64,000 nt of DNA. Origin: an uncultured archaeon (GTDB lineage: Archaea; Asgardarchaeota; Lokiarchaeia; Sigyniarchaeales; SOKP01). The notes under the pieces are model-generated. The model was not told where the DNA came from. It made no database searches and was given only the letters and a program-made list of their open reading frames with translations. Shown here in pieces: positions 47,139 through 57,550 of this stretch. The stretch is taken from contig CAZALK010000008.1 in NCBI GenBank assembly GCA_964486045.1, positions 32,001-96,000 of the forward strand, given 5' to 3'. The position numbers were made by a program, and so were the translations under genes. The first letter of the stretch is position 1; each line of letters opens with the position of its first letter.

Positions 47139-50100
47139 TTATTGATTAAGCCTCAAAAAATCTTGAAAATATGAAAATGAGGCGATCTCAGTAGTTCGAA
47201 TAGGTAGAAAGTTAGAAATGTCTACCCACCTAGAAGGTAATCTTCCTAGGTTTGTATATGGTCCAGTTAAAACCACTTGAGTGAACTCTCGTCCTCTGTA
47301 GGTACTTAAAAATGCATTGGAGTTAGGGAGTATCGTACTTGAACTTCGTATGTATTTATGGTTGAAGTATGCTATATAATTCGAGTCGATGATAGTGGCC
47401 CCTGCCTTCTTTATAATAAACATAAAGTCTTGATAACTAAATGAGACTGGTCGAGTGTTATCCGCGCGCAATTCTCGTTCAAAAGAAAGCGATAGTAGCA
47501 CGAGGTATCGTAACTTTGTGATCTCGGAGATTTTTCCATAGGGATTACTAGAGTCTTCTAAGTTGATATCTACAAATGCTTCACCGGATCGTGGCAACCA
47601 TGTTTGGTCTGAAGTTGTTGTGGTTATGTATTGATATCCATAATCTATGCTTAAATCTTGAGATTGACCAAGATTCTGAGTAATGAAAATTCTAACTTTC
47701 CGAGAGCCGGCGGGTTGAGATTCAATTAAGTCTTTTAAGATATCCACTCTTTCATCGATTATCCTTTTATTATACTGTTCTCTAAATGCGGTGTCATAAT
47801 ATGACCAATCCAAATGACTTCTGCTTATTCGAGTAAATTTATCGGAGAACTTCTCCTTATCAATAGTTAACTTAAATATCTCTCCATCGACAATGCATCC
47901 ATAAAAATAGAGCTCGATCGTGGATGAAGTAAGGTCTTGAAAACCTCTATTTAACTGTAACCTCAAATTATCTTTAATCTTCCCTCCAAGGGAATCTACC
48001 GATGTATCAGTTGTAAAAGATCTTGTTAAATCTCTTCTAGCAAACATAAGGGTGTTATATGCATCTTCAAGATTTTTAGCTACTAATTTCCTATAATGTG
48101 ATTCAGATTCAACTTCGGAATAATATTTTGAAGTAAAGTGACTCATAACTTCTTGCTCTATGACGCTCATAATATCTTCATAAGCCATCATCTCTAGTGT
48201 CACTCGATTTATTTTAGGATCAGTCAAAGCATTGTCAATCTTATATTGGTTGAAAGATGTAAGAAAACTAGTCCCTATTGCACGCCCAATATATTGGTTG
48301 ATATGATTTATCCCAAAATCTCTCTTTAAATAAGCAGGTACAGAAATCCCTCCAGATAAAAAGGGTGAGGGGGCATAGCCGAAATAAAACGCGTTGTCAG
48401 CACCATTATCTCCCAAGATGGGCAAATACAAAAATGAATTCCCATATAAATATGATGGTAGGTGATTCTGAATAGCCCCCACAGTAGTAAGAGGTAAATA
48501 TCGTTTATTCTGACGATATCCATCCTGACTATCTTGAGAACTTGAAATGATATTCGCATCAATTATATAATCAACAACTGATTGGAAATGAATCCCTAAA
48601 GGCATTGCATGATAAAGCCCACCGCTAGTGAAATACCACATGGATCTTAATAATATTAAAGTCATAGTGAAGGGACCAACAAGATACTGGAACGCTTCTA
48701 GAAGAATAAGTCCGCGATCCAATTCAGAAAGACTGGAACCTGCATGGGATGTAGAGAACTCTTCATTAGCAGTGTTTAGTGAACCTAAGTTCATGATTAG
48801 GTCTTGAGTGTCGAGAATTATCTCATCAATTTCGTCTCTATTTTCAACACCAGGGTCTTCCCAGCTCATTACGATATCTTTGAAATTTTGGAGAAATTCT
48901 TTCATGGAAAGTTGACCTTTACCGTAAGGATTACCATCTTGATCACGATAAAATAATTTGTTAAATTGACTGAATCCAACTTTTTTCTTTAATCGAGTAA
49001 ATATCGCTTCTAAATCCTTGTCACTCCTTGCAGCGTTGTCGTCATATATAAATTCATCTCCTATGATAACTAGCCTTTGATTGAGCTTCTGAAGGTCTTT
49101 TAGGATGGAGAATACAGGCATAACTTTCGTATTCGCTCCTGCTGTGAGCTTAGCTATTTGGGAAAGTTCTATATAGCCTTTAAATAGATCATCAGTAGAT
49201 ATAGGGTTAGAATCGGGAAGTTTAAGTAAAGAATCTTGCATGACTTTTCGTCTTTGAAGAACTGTGGAACTAGAAACAACTTTCTTATGAGCATCAGTTG
49301 GAATGATTGTAGAATGAACTGGTTGTATAAGATATGTTAGCTTCGTACCTGCCTCATGTTTAGCTGAACGAAGATAGTCAAGGGTGTAGTATTTTTGAAT
49401 TCCGGGGAGTAAGGGTAGTCCTAAAACAATTTCCTGGGTTACTGGGTCTGTATAAGAAATGGATATAGGATCTGAAAGTGCTTGATTTAAAATTTGTGCC
49501 AGAGTCTCAAGGGGCATCACAGCAATTTCAATGAATTGGCCATTTGAATGGCGTATAAATACTTCTCCTATATTCAGAAATCCGTTCTTACTTAAGAAGA
49601 CCCCTTCAAAAACCTTTATAAGTCTACCACCAACAGAATAACTATATCCGTCGGCTGTACCCGAAGGTAATTCTAACTGAGGTGTCTCTGCTAGTAGTAT
49701 ACCATTCTCATTCCTATCATTATGCACAGCTAATAAATTACCAGATAAAATCCTATTAATTTCTTGTTGGCTTAATCTGGAAGGTTCCTTTACAACATAC
49801 TTATCGTTTTCTAAAAGAACAAAATAGGGGACGTTTTGAATTAAGTCTAATGGAATTGGAGTCGTTGTTGGTACATAGACCTTGAAACTGTTATCATAAG
49901 ATATTTGATAAAAGCCATTTAAGTCCTGAGTTATAAGCTGTTCAAGATTTAAATTCTCCTGTTGCCACCTAGGTATTTTAGTAACTTCGAATTTATCCAT
50001 TACAAGCTGTAGCATAGAATCAGCCTGTGAAGCTGAGAATATTTGAGAAGCGTAAACCTTTATTTGGTCATTGAAACTTTTATCTTTAAATAAATTATAT

Positions 50101-52958
50101 AATTCATTCATAAAAGTCACCTTGTTGTTTGAACTTATCTTTTCGTTAATAAGTTTAGAGACTTTTGAATATAGTTCTATGAATTTGGCGTACTTCCTAG
50201 TTTCTTCTCTTGACCTAGATCCTCGGTAAGTAGAGACTATATCACTTGGTTCTTGTATGAATGTAAGTTCTTTAATAACTCTGAATATCGACGAAGGATC
50301 ATCTGGATCCAAAGCTACAACCCAATGTTCATTTTGAGTTTCGATATTAATGTCGTTCAGAGCGACGCTCCTTGATGTAGCACCAAAAATTGTACTAAAC
50401 AAGTCATAAATGATATTCAAAAGATAATCACTTTTGACGTTGTTAGCATTCTTAACTTCCCAATTATAAAATCCTATGCCTTCAACTAAGAGAGAAATGA
50501 GGTCTCCTTCTCTCCAATTATCATTCGACCCGAACAAATCTGCATCGTTATTTATCTTATCGACGATACTTTGTAAAGTATTTCCATCAAGGATTTGTTC
50601 CATGTCTGTTACCATGTCTTGGTTTTTCGTGGAATAAGGATTAAAGACAAGATATGTATAAAGCGTTAATTTATCAAAATCTATCGAGTAACTTTTCGCG
50701 ATTAATTCCATAAATAAGAAATAAGGCAGTATTCCCAAAAATGAAAGTGCTTGAAGTTCCCACCCTATCTGGACGCTTCTTGACTCAAACCTCATATGTC
50801 TTGTATTTGGGGCAGTCTCGAAACTCTCTGCAAATTTAAGCATGGCACGTGGAAGGCCATCTGAAACAAACTCCCTCTGTAAGCTCTCTATATCCGCGGT
50901 TGATAAGAATGAATCGATATCTGAAGCTAAATCTGTCTCCCCGATGGTTTGTACATTGAAATGGGCACGTACTTCTTCCAAGAAAAATACTAATGCTGAA
51001 TACTTAAGCGCTTGATTGAACAAGTCGTCGACATAAGTATAACCCTTAGTTCTTGTTGTATAATCAAACTTCTTTTTATATTTTTCCTCAAAAATTTTGC
51101 TTGCAAGCTTTGTAGCAACATCTTTTTGCGCTATGGTTGCGCTAGGATTTAATATATTATGTGCACCCATATAAGTATTTTCAATAAAAGACTCCAAAGC
51201 GGTTAGAATACCACCCATACTCGCAACAACTTCCGACTTTTCGAGATTAAAAGAAATGACTGAAGGATTAACAAATTGATTAATAACTTCTTCTATTTGT
51301 GCCACAACAGCAGGATTTAAGTTGAAGAGGTCGGTTGGATTTTTAAAGATCGGAGCGATGAGATCCTTAATTTCCACAAAACCTGGATATTCATTAAAGA
51401 ACCAATCAGGGATTGGAACCATGTCTTCAACGCCTGTTTGGGAGGTAAAGTCAGGATCTGTGACGATTTTTATACTTTCCGATAATCCTAGATATTGTTG
51501 CTGTAATGCGACTTTACTTCTAAAATTATATCCGATTAAATCGAAGACTTGTTCAATTGGCATACTCCCTCTTAAAGGAGTATTTACGATAGTTCCATCT
51601 TCTCTTATTTCTTCAACTTCGTAGCCAGGTAAAAGGACATTAGGAAATTCTCCATCACCTTTAAACATAGGTATTTGCCCTTCTTTTAAGCCAAGCATTG
51701 CTATAAAGCCATCCAAGTCAAGACCACCCCTTATGATCTTCTTAGGGTTTCCAACCTGATCAGTCCACCTCACGTATGGTGCGCCAGTTAAGGGGTTATA
51801 TCTTAAGAAGGGAAGAACCCAATGCCTAACTCCATTCTCGTCAGTATAGACGGGATCTCCTGATGTTTCAGCAAATAATTGTTCGGAGATAGCAACGATC
51901 TCTACATCAGATATGCCCTTATCAAGAGTGAGAGACTGGATGGTTGAAAGTCTTTTTTGTTCATTTCTTTTAGATTCGTATCTAATTTTCATTTGCTCAT
52001 TATACGTGAACTCCTCTTGTAATTGGGGTTGAATGACCTGCAATTGAGATTTAGCTGCTGAGGGTGAAGCAACCGTTTGAACCGAAACTAAGTTTTTGGT
52101 CACAAATGGAGCGATTTCATTAGCTTTAAGAGCTGGTTTAGGCTTTAAGAATTCTGAAAGCTGTAGTCTGCCTTCAGAGAACTTTCGATTGTAACGATTC
52201 TTTAGGGCATTAAATATAGCATCCGAACCTAAATCTAAACCATAAAGCATAATGCCGACTCCAGCTCCTCCAAAGAAGAAGCTAGGAATAGTGGCTAGGA
52301 TGCCTGAGACTGTATCGAAGTCTATATATTTCTTAAGAGATGCCCGAATACTTGTTTTATCTAACTTAACCTCTTGCTGCGTTGCAATCTGGGTATCTGT
52401 ATCTGTACCCCCTTTACTAATCCTACTTTTAATAGCACTTGAGACACCTCCAATAAAAGCTTCACGGAAAGAGGTCACAAGTAATGAAAAGAAGTCTGCT
52501 GCTTCTTGATCTCCACCTAAGTTAAGAACCATTCGTTGAGTCCATTTTTCAAGATAGGGGTCTAAATACAATTCTTCTATGATCTCCGAGGCGACACCAA
52601 AAGGTATCGTTACGAGACCTAACGCAACAGCTTGCTTAAAGGAGTATGCGGGCATTGAGGCGATCTTAGCCACAGTCAAGGGTAATAGGACAAGCGTAGA
52701 GATCAACGTTGACCAAAATGTGACTAAAACAGTATAATCGCGTTCAGCTAAGTTAGTACTATCTGTAAACGCCATCTGAGCTTGGTTCACATAATCGGAA
52801 ATGGTATAGGAGACAGTCTGTGCTAAAATAGTTCGTGCATGGTTATCAGAAGAATCAGTGGTATCAATATAACGTTGTGTATAAGATATTGTAGGATAGT
52901 GAAAACCAATAGTTACTGAGTTGTCTGGACGATCATTTGGATCTTGATAGCCGACCAC
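47139..52958 (-). CDS. Giant hypothetical membrane-associated protein, probably 5'-truncated
   Basis: 1939-codon open frame, visibly higher GC than its flanks; hydrophobic segments near aa 75-120 and 215-245; no RBS or convincing start, frame open to about 53003. Confidence 0.8.
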   Translation of the reverse strand: MVGYQDPNDRPDNSVTIGFHYPTISYTQRYIDTTDSSDNHARTILAQTVSYTISDYVNQAQMAFTDSTNLAERDYTVLVTFWSTLISTLVLLPLTVAKIASMPAYSFKQAVALGLVTIPFGVASEIIEELYLDPYLEKWTQRMVLNLGGDQEAADFFSLLVTSFREAFIGGVSSAIKSRISKGGTDTDTQIATQQEVKLDKTSIRASLKKYIDFDTVSGILATIPSFFFGGAGVGIMLYGLDLGSDAIFNALKNRYNRKFSEGRLQLSEFLKPKPALKANEIAPFVTKNLVSVQTVASPSAAKSQLQVIQPQLQEEFTYNEQMKIRYESKRNEQKRLSTIQSLTLDKGISDVEIVAISEQLFAETSGDPVYTDENGVRHWVLPFLRYNPLTGAPYVRWTDQVGNPKKIIRGGLDLDGFIAMLGLKEGQIPMFKGDGEFPNVLLPGYEVEEIREDGTIVNTPLRGSMPIEQVFDLIGYNFRSKVALQQQYLGLSESIKIVTDPDFTSQTGVEDMVPIPDWFFNEYPGFVEIKDLIAPIFKNPTDLFNLNPAVVAQIEEVINQFVNPSVISFNLEKSEVVASMGGILTALESFIENTYMGAHNILNPSATIAQKDVATKLASKIFEEKYKKKFDYTTRTKGYTYVDDLFNQALKYSALVFFLEEVRAHFNVQTIGETDLASDIDSFLSTADIESLQREFVSDGLPRAMLKFAESFETAPNTRHMRFESRSVQIGWELQALSFLGILPYFLFMELIAKSYSIDFDKLTLYTYLVFNPYSTKNQDMVTDMEQILDGNTLQSIVDKINNDADLFGSNDNWREGDLISLLVEGIGFYNWEVKNANNVKSDYLLNIIYDLFSTIFGATSRSVALNDINIETQNEHWVVALDPDDPSSIFRVIKELTFIQEPSDIVSTYRGSRSREETRKYAKFIELYSKVSKLINEKISSNNKVTFMNELYNLFKDKSFNDQIKVYASQIFSASQADSMLQLVMDKFEVTKIPRWQQENLNLEQLITQDLNGFYQISYDNSFKVYVPTTTPIPLDLIQNVPYFVLLENDKYVVKEPSRLSQQEINRILSGNLLAVHNDRNENGILLAETPQLELPSGTADGYSYSVGGRLIKVFEGVFLSKNGFLNIGEVFIRHSNGQFIEIAVMPLETLAQILNQALSDPISISYTDPVTQEIVLGLPLLPGIQKYYTLDYLRSAKHEAGTKLTYLIQPVHSTIIPTDAHKKVVSSSTVLQRRKVMQDSLLKLPDSNPISTDDLFKGYIELSQIAKLTAGANTKVMPVFSILKDLQKLNQRLVIIGDEFIYDDNAARSDKDLEAIFTRLKKKVGFSQFNKLFYRDQDGNPYGKGQLSMKEFLQNFKDIVMSWEDPGVENRDEIDEIILDTQDLIMNLGSLNTANEEFSTSHAGSSLSELDRGLILLEAFQYLVGPFTMTLILLRSMWYFTSGGLYHAMPLGIHFQSVVDYIIDANIISSSQDSQDGYRQNKRYLPLTTVGAIQNHLPSYLYGNSFLYLPILGDNGADNAFYFGYAPSPFLSGGISVPAYLKRDFGINHINQYIGRAIGTSFLTSFNQYKIDNALTDPKINRVTLEMMAYEDIMSVIEQEVMSHFTSKYYSEVESESHYRKLVAKNLEDAYNTLMFARRDLTRSFTTDTSVDSLGGKIKDNLRLQLNRGFQDLTSSTIELYFYGCIVDGEIFKLTIDKEKFSDKFTRISRSHLDWSYYDTAFREQYNKRIIDERVDILKDLIESQPAGSRKVRIFITQNLGQSQDLSIDYGYQYITTTTSDQTWLPRSGEAFVDINLEDSSNPYGKISEITKLRYLVLLSLSFERELRADNTRPVSFSYQDFMFIIKKAGATIIDSNYIAYFNHKYIRSSSTILPNSNAFLSTYRGREFTQVVLTGPYTNLGRLPSRWVDISNFLPIRTTEIASFSYFQDFLRLNQ

Positions 52959-52994
52959 ACCGGGACCTACTACACCTACAAGAACATTTGCGAA

Positions 52995-53130
52995 GGAACA
53001 CAGTTATCACATTTGATTTCATCAAATTCTTCCCAATCGCTTCTAAATACTTCAATTATTCCCCTTCCACTAAGCTTAGGACAGGTTCGGGGTTTTCGAA
53101 TAGTTAACATTTCTCTAAAATGTATCATAC
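52995..53130 (-). pseudogene. Truncated DnaJ-type zinc-finger-like fragment
   Basis: TCPKLSGRG...KCDNC; the first CxxC has lost a Cys and the expected GxG after CDNC is absent. Confidence 0.35.
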
Positions 53131-53426
53131 TAGACAAAAACACATTCTTATATAAAGAAAAAATCCCAAAAGGAATTGTAAAAATTAAACGGTTTTTGGC
53201 ATAAGCCCCCATTTAATGGCTTCCAACATAATATCATAAAAATCGATATCACTTTCATTCTGCTTTTTTTCATCCTTCATATCATATTTCACCTTTAATC
53301 TACTTTCAGTTATCCACCTATTTAAAATTTAGTATGAGTTGAATTTTAAGTTTGGATAAATTAAAATAAAATTTTACAGCGAATTTTTCTTTAAAAGTGT
53401 CAGATACAATAATAAAATAATTTATT

Positions 53427-54467
53427 ATGACTTGTAAAAAAATTAATACTTTTAGGTGTGTCATAAATGAAAAAGATTCTCAAAAGATCAAAAACTTTTC
53501 TGTTTATCCTTCTGAGTGGTATATATACGATCAGGGAGTTCCTGATGACTATAGGGCCGTTGAGATTTCGCATGGTAATATTTCTACCATCGGCTTAGAT
53601 CGTGGTGTTTATGTCTGGGCTAATATGTATTCTAAGAATAACACATCTGGAGAAACACAATTTATTGCTCAAGTAAATTGGGGTTATTGGAATGATTCTA
53701 CATGTGTGTATAAAGGTGGGGTTATACCTGTTGAAGACGATGGAAGAATCTCAGAACGGATTTTTGGAAATGTATCTCTTTTTTACCAAGATGCATTTAG
53801 CTATAGTAATTTCGAGCAAAATTATACTGATTTTAATCTATTATCAATTACTTATTGGAATGAGACCTATAACGACTATTATGCTAGAGTCAATTTTTCA
53901 GATAGCGGCATTTTGCTTAGTTTTGAAGCGATCCCTGTAGGAAACTTTACTTTAATTTCTCAACCTTCTCGATTACCACCTATGTTCAGTTTCACTACTA
54001 ATAACGGACTTTTGGATATTAACTCCACTAATATAAAGCTCAAGATTAATACAACCGATGCTGATAACAATAATGACGGAATAAAAGATACTGATTACTT
54101 ATACCGCACCTTTATAAATTCGGTATGGACTGATTGGCTAACAATCCCCCCACTAATCCATTATGACTTAGGTTCTGTCTCTTCAGGTGAATATAATATA
54201 ACATTGGAAGTGAAAAATATGTATGGTACCACACAGGAGCAGATCACCGTGCATTACACAGAAAATATCCCCCCTATTGAAACGAAAGATACTACTATCC
54301 CTAGCGAATCAATCTTCGGTTATTCTGCTATAATAATTATCGTTGTATTGTTCTTCAGTATTTCAATTAGACTTTCAAAGACAGAAGAATATTGCAAAAA
54401 TAAGAGAACTACATTTTTTCCCCTTTTTTTTATTACAAATCTTTCACTCTTATTTTTCTTTTATTAA
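53427..54467 (+). CDS. Surface protein (possibly partial) with DxDxxxDG loop and Loki-CTERM-like tail
   Basis: N/Y/T-rich beta composition, DADNNNDG, IFGYS + TM; no signal peptide and the tail runs on, suggesting decay at both ends. Confidence 0.6.
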   Translation: MTCKKINTFRCVINEKDSQKIKNFSVYPSEWYIYDQGVPDDYRAVEISHGNISTIGLDRGVYVWANMYSKNNTSGETQFIAQVNWGYWNDSTCVYKGGVIPVEDDGRISERIFGNVSLFYQDAFSYSNFEQNYTDFNLLSITYWNETYNDYYARVNFSDSGILLSFEAIPVGNFTLISQPSRLPPMFSFTTNNGLLDINSTNIKLKINTTDADNNNDGIKDTDYLYRTFINSVWTDWLTIPPLIHYDLGSVSSGEYNITLEVKNMYGTTQEQITVHYTENIPPIETKDTTIPSESIFGYSAIIIIVVLFFSISIRLSKTEEYCKNKRTTFFPLFFITNLSLLFFFY

Positions 54468-54683
54468 GGTTCACATTTTTAGGGTGTATGGTAGAATCAA
54501 ACCTTGCAGCAAGTTTAAGTTAAAAGACTCGGTGGTCTCACATAGTTTTATAATAGAGAAATTTGGGGATAAGTATGGTTTTCAATTAATTTACCAATCT
54601 CTATTAATATTAACTTCAGAAGGATTTTTAATTGGGGAGTTTCAGGATTATAATAGAAAATACAAAATAGCCACTTAATTTGT

Positions 54684-55907
54684 TTAAAAGTCTGAATGAG
54701 AAATCCTAATTCTCTCCTCTGTAATTTTAATCGTCCCTCTCGCTTTTAGCTTTTCAATAACTCGCTTCCGATTAATAAGTTTACTTATAGTACGTAATAA
54801 TTCTTGATGTTCAATGTCAACCGCCTCAAAAAGCTGTTCCAATTCTTCTACAGTAAAGAACGCGATGCATTTTTTATTTAGAAAATCAGTTATATAATCA
54901 ATCCGATTGGCTTGAACTTGATCATGAATAAAAGAGGTCATACATTCAAAGGCCTTTCTATATTTACTTAATGCTAAATCTCTAATCAATCCGAAAATAA
55001 TAAAAAACTGAGGATTAATTTCCAGAATTTTTCGGCAGATTTTAAAGGTACTCCTGGTGAATCCGAGGTTAAAATAAATAATTGCAATTTTACTCAATGC
55101 ATAGACATTTCTAGAATCATGATGGAGCAGTTTTAAATAATATTTCAGAGAATTATTATAATCCTGAAAATGAAAATATAAATCTCCTAATTTCAAGAGT
55201 ACTATCCGATGGTTAGGGTTAATGTCATAGAGCCTTTTAAGCTCACTGATTGCATTTCGGAACAAATGCTTTTCAACAAACCATTCAATTCTTTCTAACC
55301 ATGTTTCAATGTTGTGATCTTCTGGAATTGGCGGTCTTGTTACAATTCGAGGTACTGATCTACGAGTCTTTACTTGATGAAAACCTTTTAAAACCTCTTT
55401 CACAATCATAGTAGTACTTTCATCTAAGGACTCAAATTCCTCATCTGATAGATATGATAAATAATCTTCCCTAACTAAATAATGAATAACCGGAAGATAT
55501 TTTTGTTCAAGCCTTCGTGCGATCTCCTCTTTAAAAACTCTTCTTGCCATAGGATCTCCAACATCCGTCAGTTTTTTGAGCAATGGAAATGCTAAATTAC
55601 GGTGTAAGAGTCGGGTATCGTAATTATTTTCCGCCCATGCTTGGAGATTACTACAATGGCCCCAAAATTCCACTTCGGGCTGAATGAGGTTTTTACCATT
55701 CCTACTCTCAAGTGAACGGTCGAGTACTTGTGATGCCTCGTCGATAGAATCTATCATTTCGACATTTTGCTTATAATATAAAGGCACATCTAATAATAAG
55801 TACTTACACTGAGTAAATAGCTCTCCCTTAATATAAATATTTGATAAACCGCGTTCTAACTTCAATTTTATGAAGTCATTGATCGAAAATACGTTAGTTC
55901 TGCTCAT
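54684..55907 (-). CDS. GHCSN-domain protein with TPR repeats
   Basis: EVEFWGHCSNLQAWAENNYDTRL; TPRs LLKLGDLYF..., ALSKIAIIYF...ILEINP. Confidence 0.88.
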   Translation of the reverse strand: MSRTNVFSINDFIKLKLERGLSNIYIKGELFTQCKYLLLDVPLYYKQNVEMIDSIDEASQVLDRSLESRNGKNLIQPEVEFWGHCSNLQAWAENNYDTRLLHRNLAFPLLKKLTDVGDPMARRVFKEEIARRLEQKYLPVIHYLVREDYLSYLSDEEFESLDESTTMIVKEVLKGFHQVKTRRSVPRIVTRPPIPEDHNIETWLERIEWFVEKHLFRNAISELKRLYDINPNHRIVLLKLGDLYFHFQDYNNSLKYYLKLLHHDSRNVYALSKIAIIYFNLGFTRSTFKICRKILEINPQFFIIFGLIRDLALSKYRKAFECMTSFIHDQVQANRIDYITDFLNKKCIAFFTVEELEQLFEAVDIEHQELLRTISKLINRKRVIEKLKARGTIKITEERIRISHSDF

Positions 55908-55986
55908 ATTTTTAAAGATTCTGAACTTTTATTCTTAATAGTTTGATAACAATTTTTCTCACTGTTTTCTGACTACTCTTTATTTT

Positions 55987-57309
55987 TCAATTTTGATGTG
56001 AAGAAGCAATGGACAATTCTCTTCCTTCTTTTATTAAAGATAATTCTTGTTTCTCCAATTCAACAGTAACGAAAGGAATAATCTCTTCAGGCATACCTTC
56101 CAGATATAAAGCCAATTTTGAAAGTGATTTTTTGCTTAATCGTTTTAAATGCTTGGATAACAGCTTTCTAAAGTGGGGGTTCTCAAGTAACTCTTCATAA
56201 AGACAAAAATCCCAAAAATAACGGCTTCGAGGATTTTTTTTCAATCCTTTTCTTATCAACTTGAGAGTCTTTTTTATTCTCCCATGATCCATGTAAAACA
56301 TCCCTAAGCGTAGCAAACAAAAATCAAAGGAGAAATCTATTTTCTGTGCTTGTTTAAATAATTGCATCGCATTGATATAATTTCTCTCTCTGGCATAAAG
56401 GTGCCCCATTTCAACTAACACCTTTCGATTCTTATTATCTTGAGTGCGGATATGATTGAAAATACCTAGAGCTTTAGAAAATTCATTTAAATATTTGTAA
56501 ATCTTCCCTAATTCTAATAAGGCACTAATATTTCCAGGAATAAAATCTAATATCTTTTTTATAAAGATTTTGGCTTTTTGAAACTCCTCAAACATCGAAA
56601 ATTCGGAAATGATCATTTTCCAGACATCAGGATATAATTCTTTTTCATTTTTTACATACAATAGCATGGCATTATCTAGAGAATTTAAGATTCTTATGAA
56701 ATAGGCAGCGCCACTTTTAGGATCATCAACTGAACTACTTACTGAAAATAATAAGTCAACATGGTTAGTATTGTGTAAATCTGGGGTGGTTTTTTCAAAA
56801 TAGGAAAAATACAAGCTGCTATGTTTAGAACAGAGTAATGTTTCAATTAGGGGTAAAAAATCTAGAAAAGTAAATTTGTGAATCAGTAATTGAATTTCTT
56901 TTTTTGACAAGTCTCCTAAAAAGCTAAAACTTGTTAAAAATTTTCTTATCTCTACATTTTCCTTACTAAACTGAATTGCAATCTCTTCTTTGTATACTTG
57001 TATCGCACGCGATTCCCCCGCTTTTACCAGCTCTTTCAAGATATGAAGAGTTATACTATAGTGCATTATATCAGTATTGTAATCATTATTAACCCAATTT
57101 TGTAGCATCATGCAATATGTAATAAAAGAATCTCTGAAGGTTACTCCTATTCTACTAGCAATGGCAAGACCAATAGACTCATTAATCATGTTTGATACAT
57201 ACTCTAACAACATATCTTTTACAAACACGTATATCTTATCCTTTTCAAATTTTATAGAAAGATAATCATTACATTCATAGTAATCAATCAATAGATCGAT
57301 ATTTATCAC
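55987..57309 (-). CDS. Degenerate GHCSN-domain protein with TPR repeats
   Basis: FITYCMMLQNWVNNDYNT...LKELVKAG..A..VYKEEI; TPRs ALLELGKIY, VLVEMGHLY, LLRLGMFY. Confidence 0.8.
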   Translation of the reverse strand: MINIDLLIDYYECNDYLSIKFEKDKIYVFVKDMLLEYVSNMINESIGLAIASRIGVTFRDSFITYCMMLQNWVNNDYNTDIMHYSITLHILKELVKAGESRAIQVYKEEIAIQFSKENVEIRKFLTSFSFLGDLSKKEIQLLIHKFTFLDFLPLIETLLCSKHSSLYFSYFEKTTPDLHNTNHVDLLFSVSSSVDDPKSGAAYFIRILNSLDNAMLLYVKNEKELYPDVWKMIISEFSMFEEFQKAKIFIKKILDFIPGNISALLELGKIYKYLNEFSKALGIFNHIRTQDNKNRKVLVEMGHLYARERNYINAMQLFKQAQKIDFSFDFCLLRLGMFYMDHGRIKKTLKLIRKGLKKNPRSRYFWDFCLYEELLENPHFRKLLSKHLKRLSKKSLSKLALYLEGMPEEIIPFVTVELEKQELSLIKEGRELSIASSHQN

Positions 57310-57550
57310 CTTTTTTCATAGTTCTTCTTTTGTTGTTTCTAATTCTTATTACTACAATTGGGATATATAAAGAAAAAATTTTGCATATGATCTTGTGGTT
57401 CGATTAATGTCGTATTTAATTAGTAAAATTTTCTTGAATTTAAAAATTTTTAATTAAATGTAAAAGAACTTCCCTAGTTGAAAATTACAAAGTTAACCCC
57501 GACTAATAATATTAATACTTTTTTTCTTTAAATATTCAAAAAATCAGGGA

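Noticed and set aside
52945-52976. Loose resemblance of tgatagccgaccacaccgggacctactacac to the Illumina P5 adapter
   Set aside because: Needs several mismatches and indels, and the stretch reads as a plausible continuation of the giant ORF; a read check is still worthwhile because it lies at a junction
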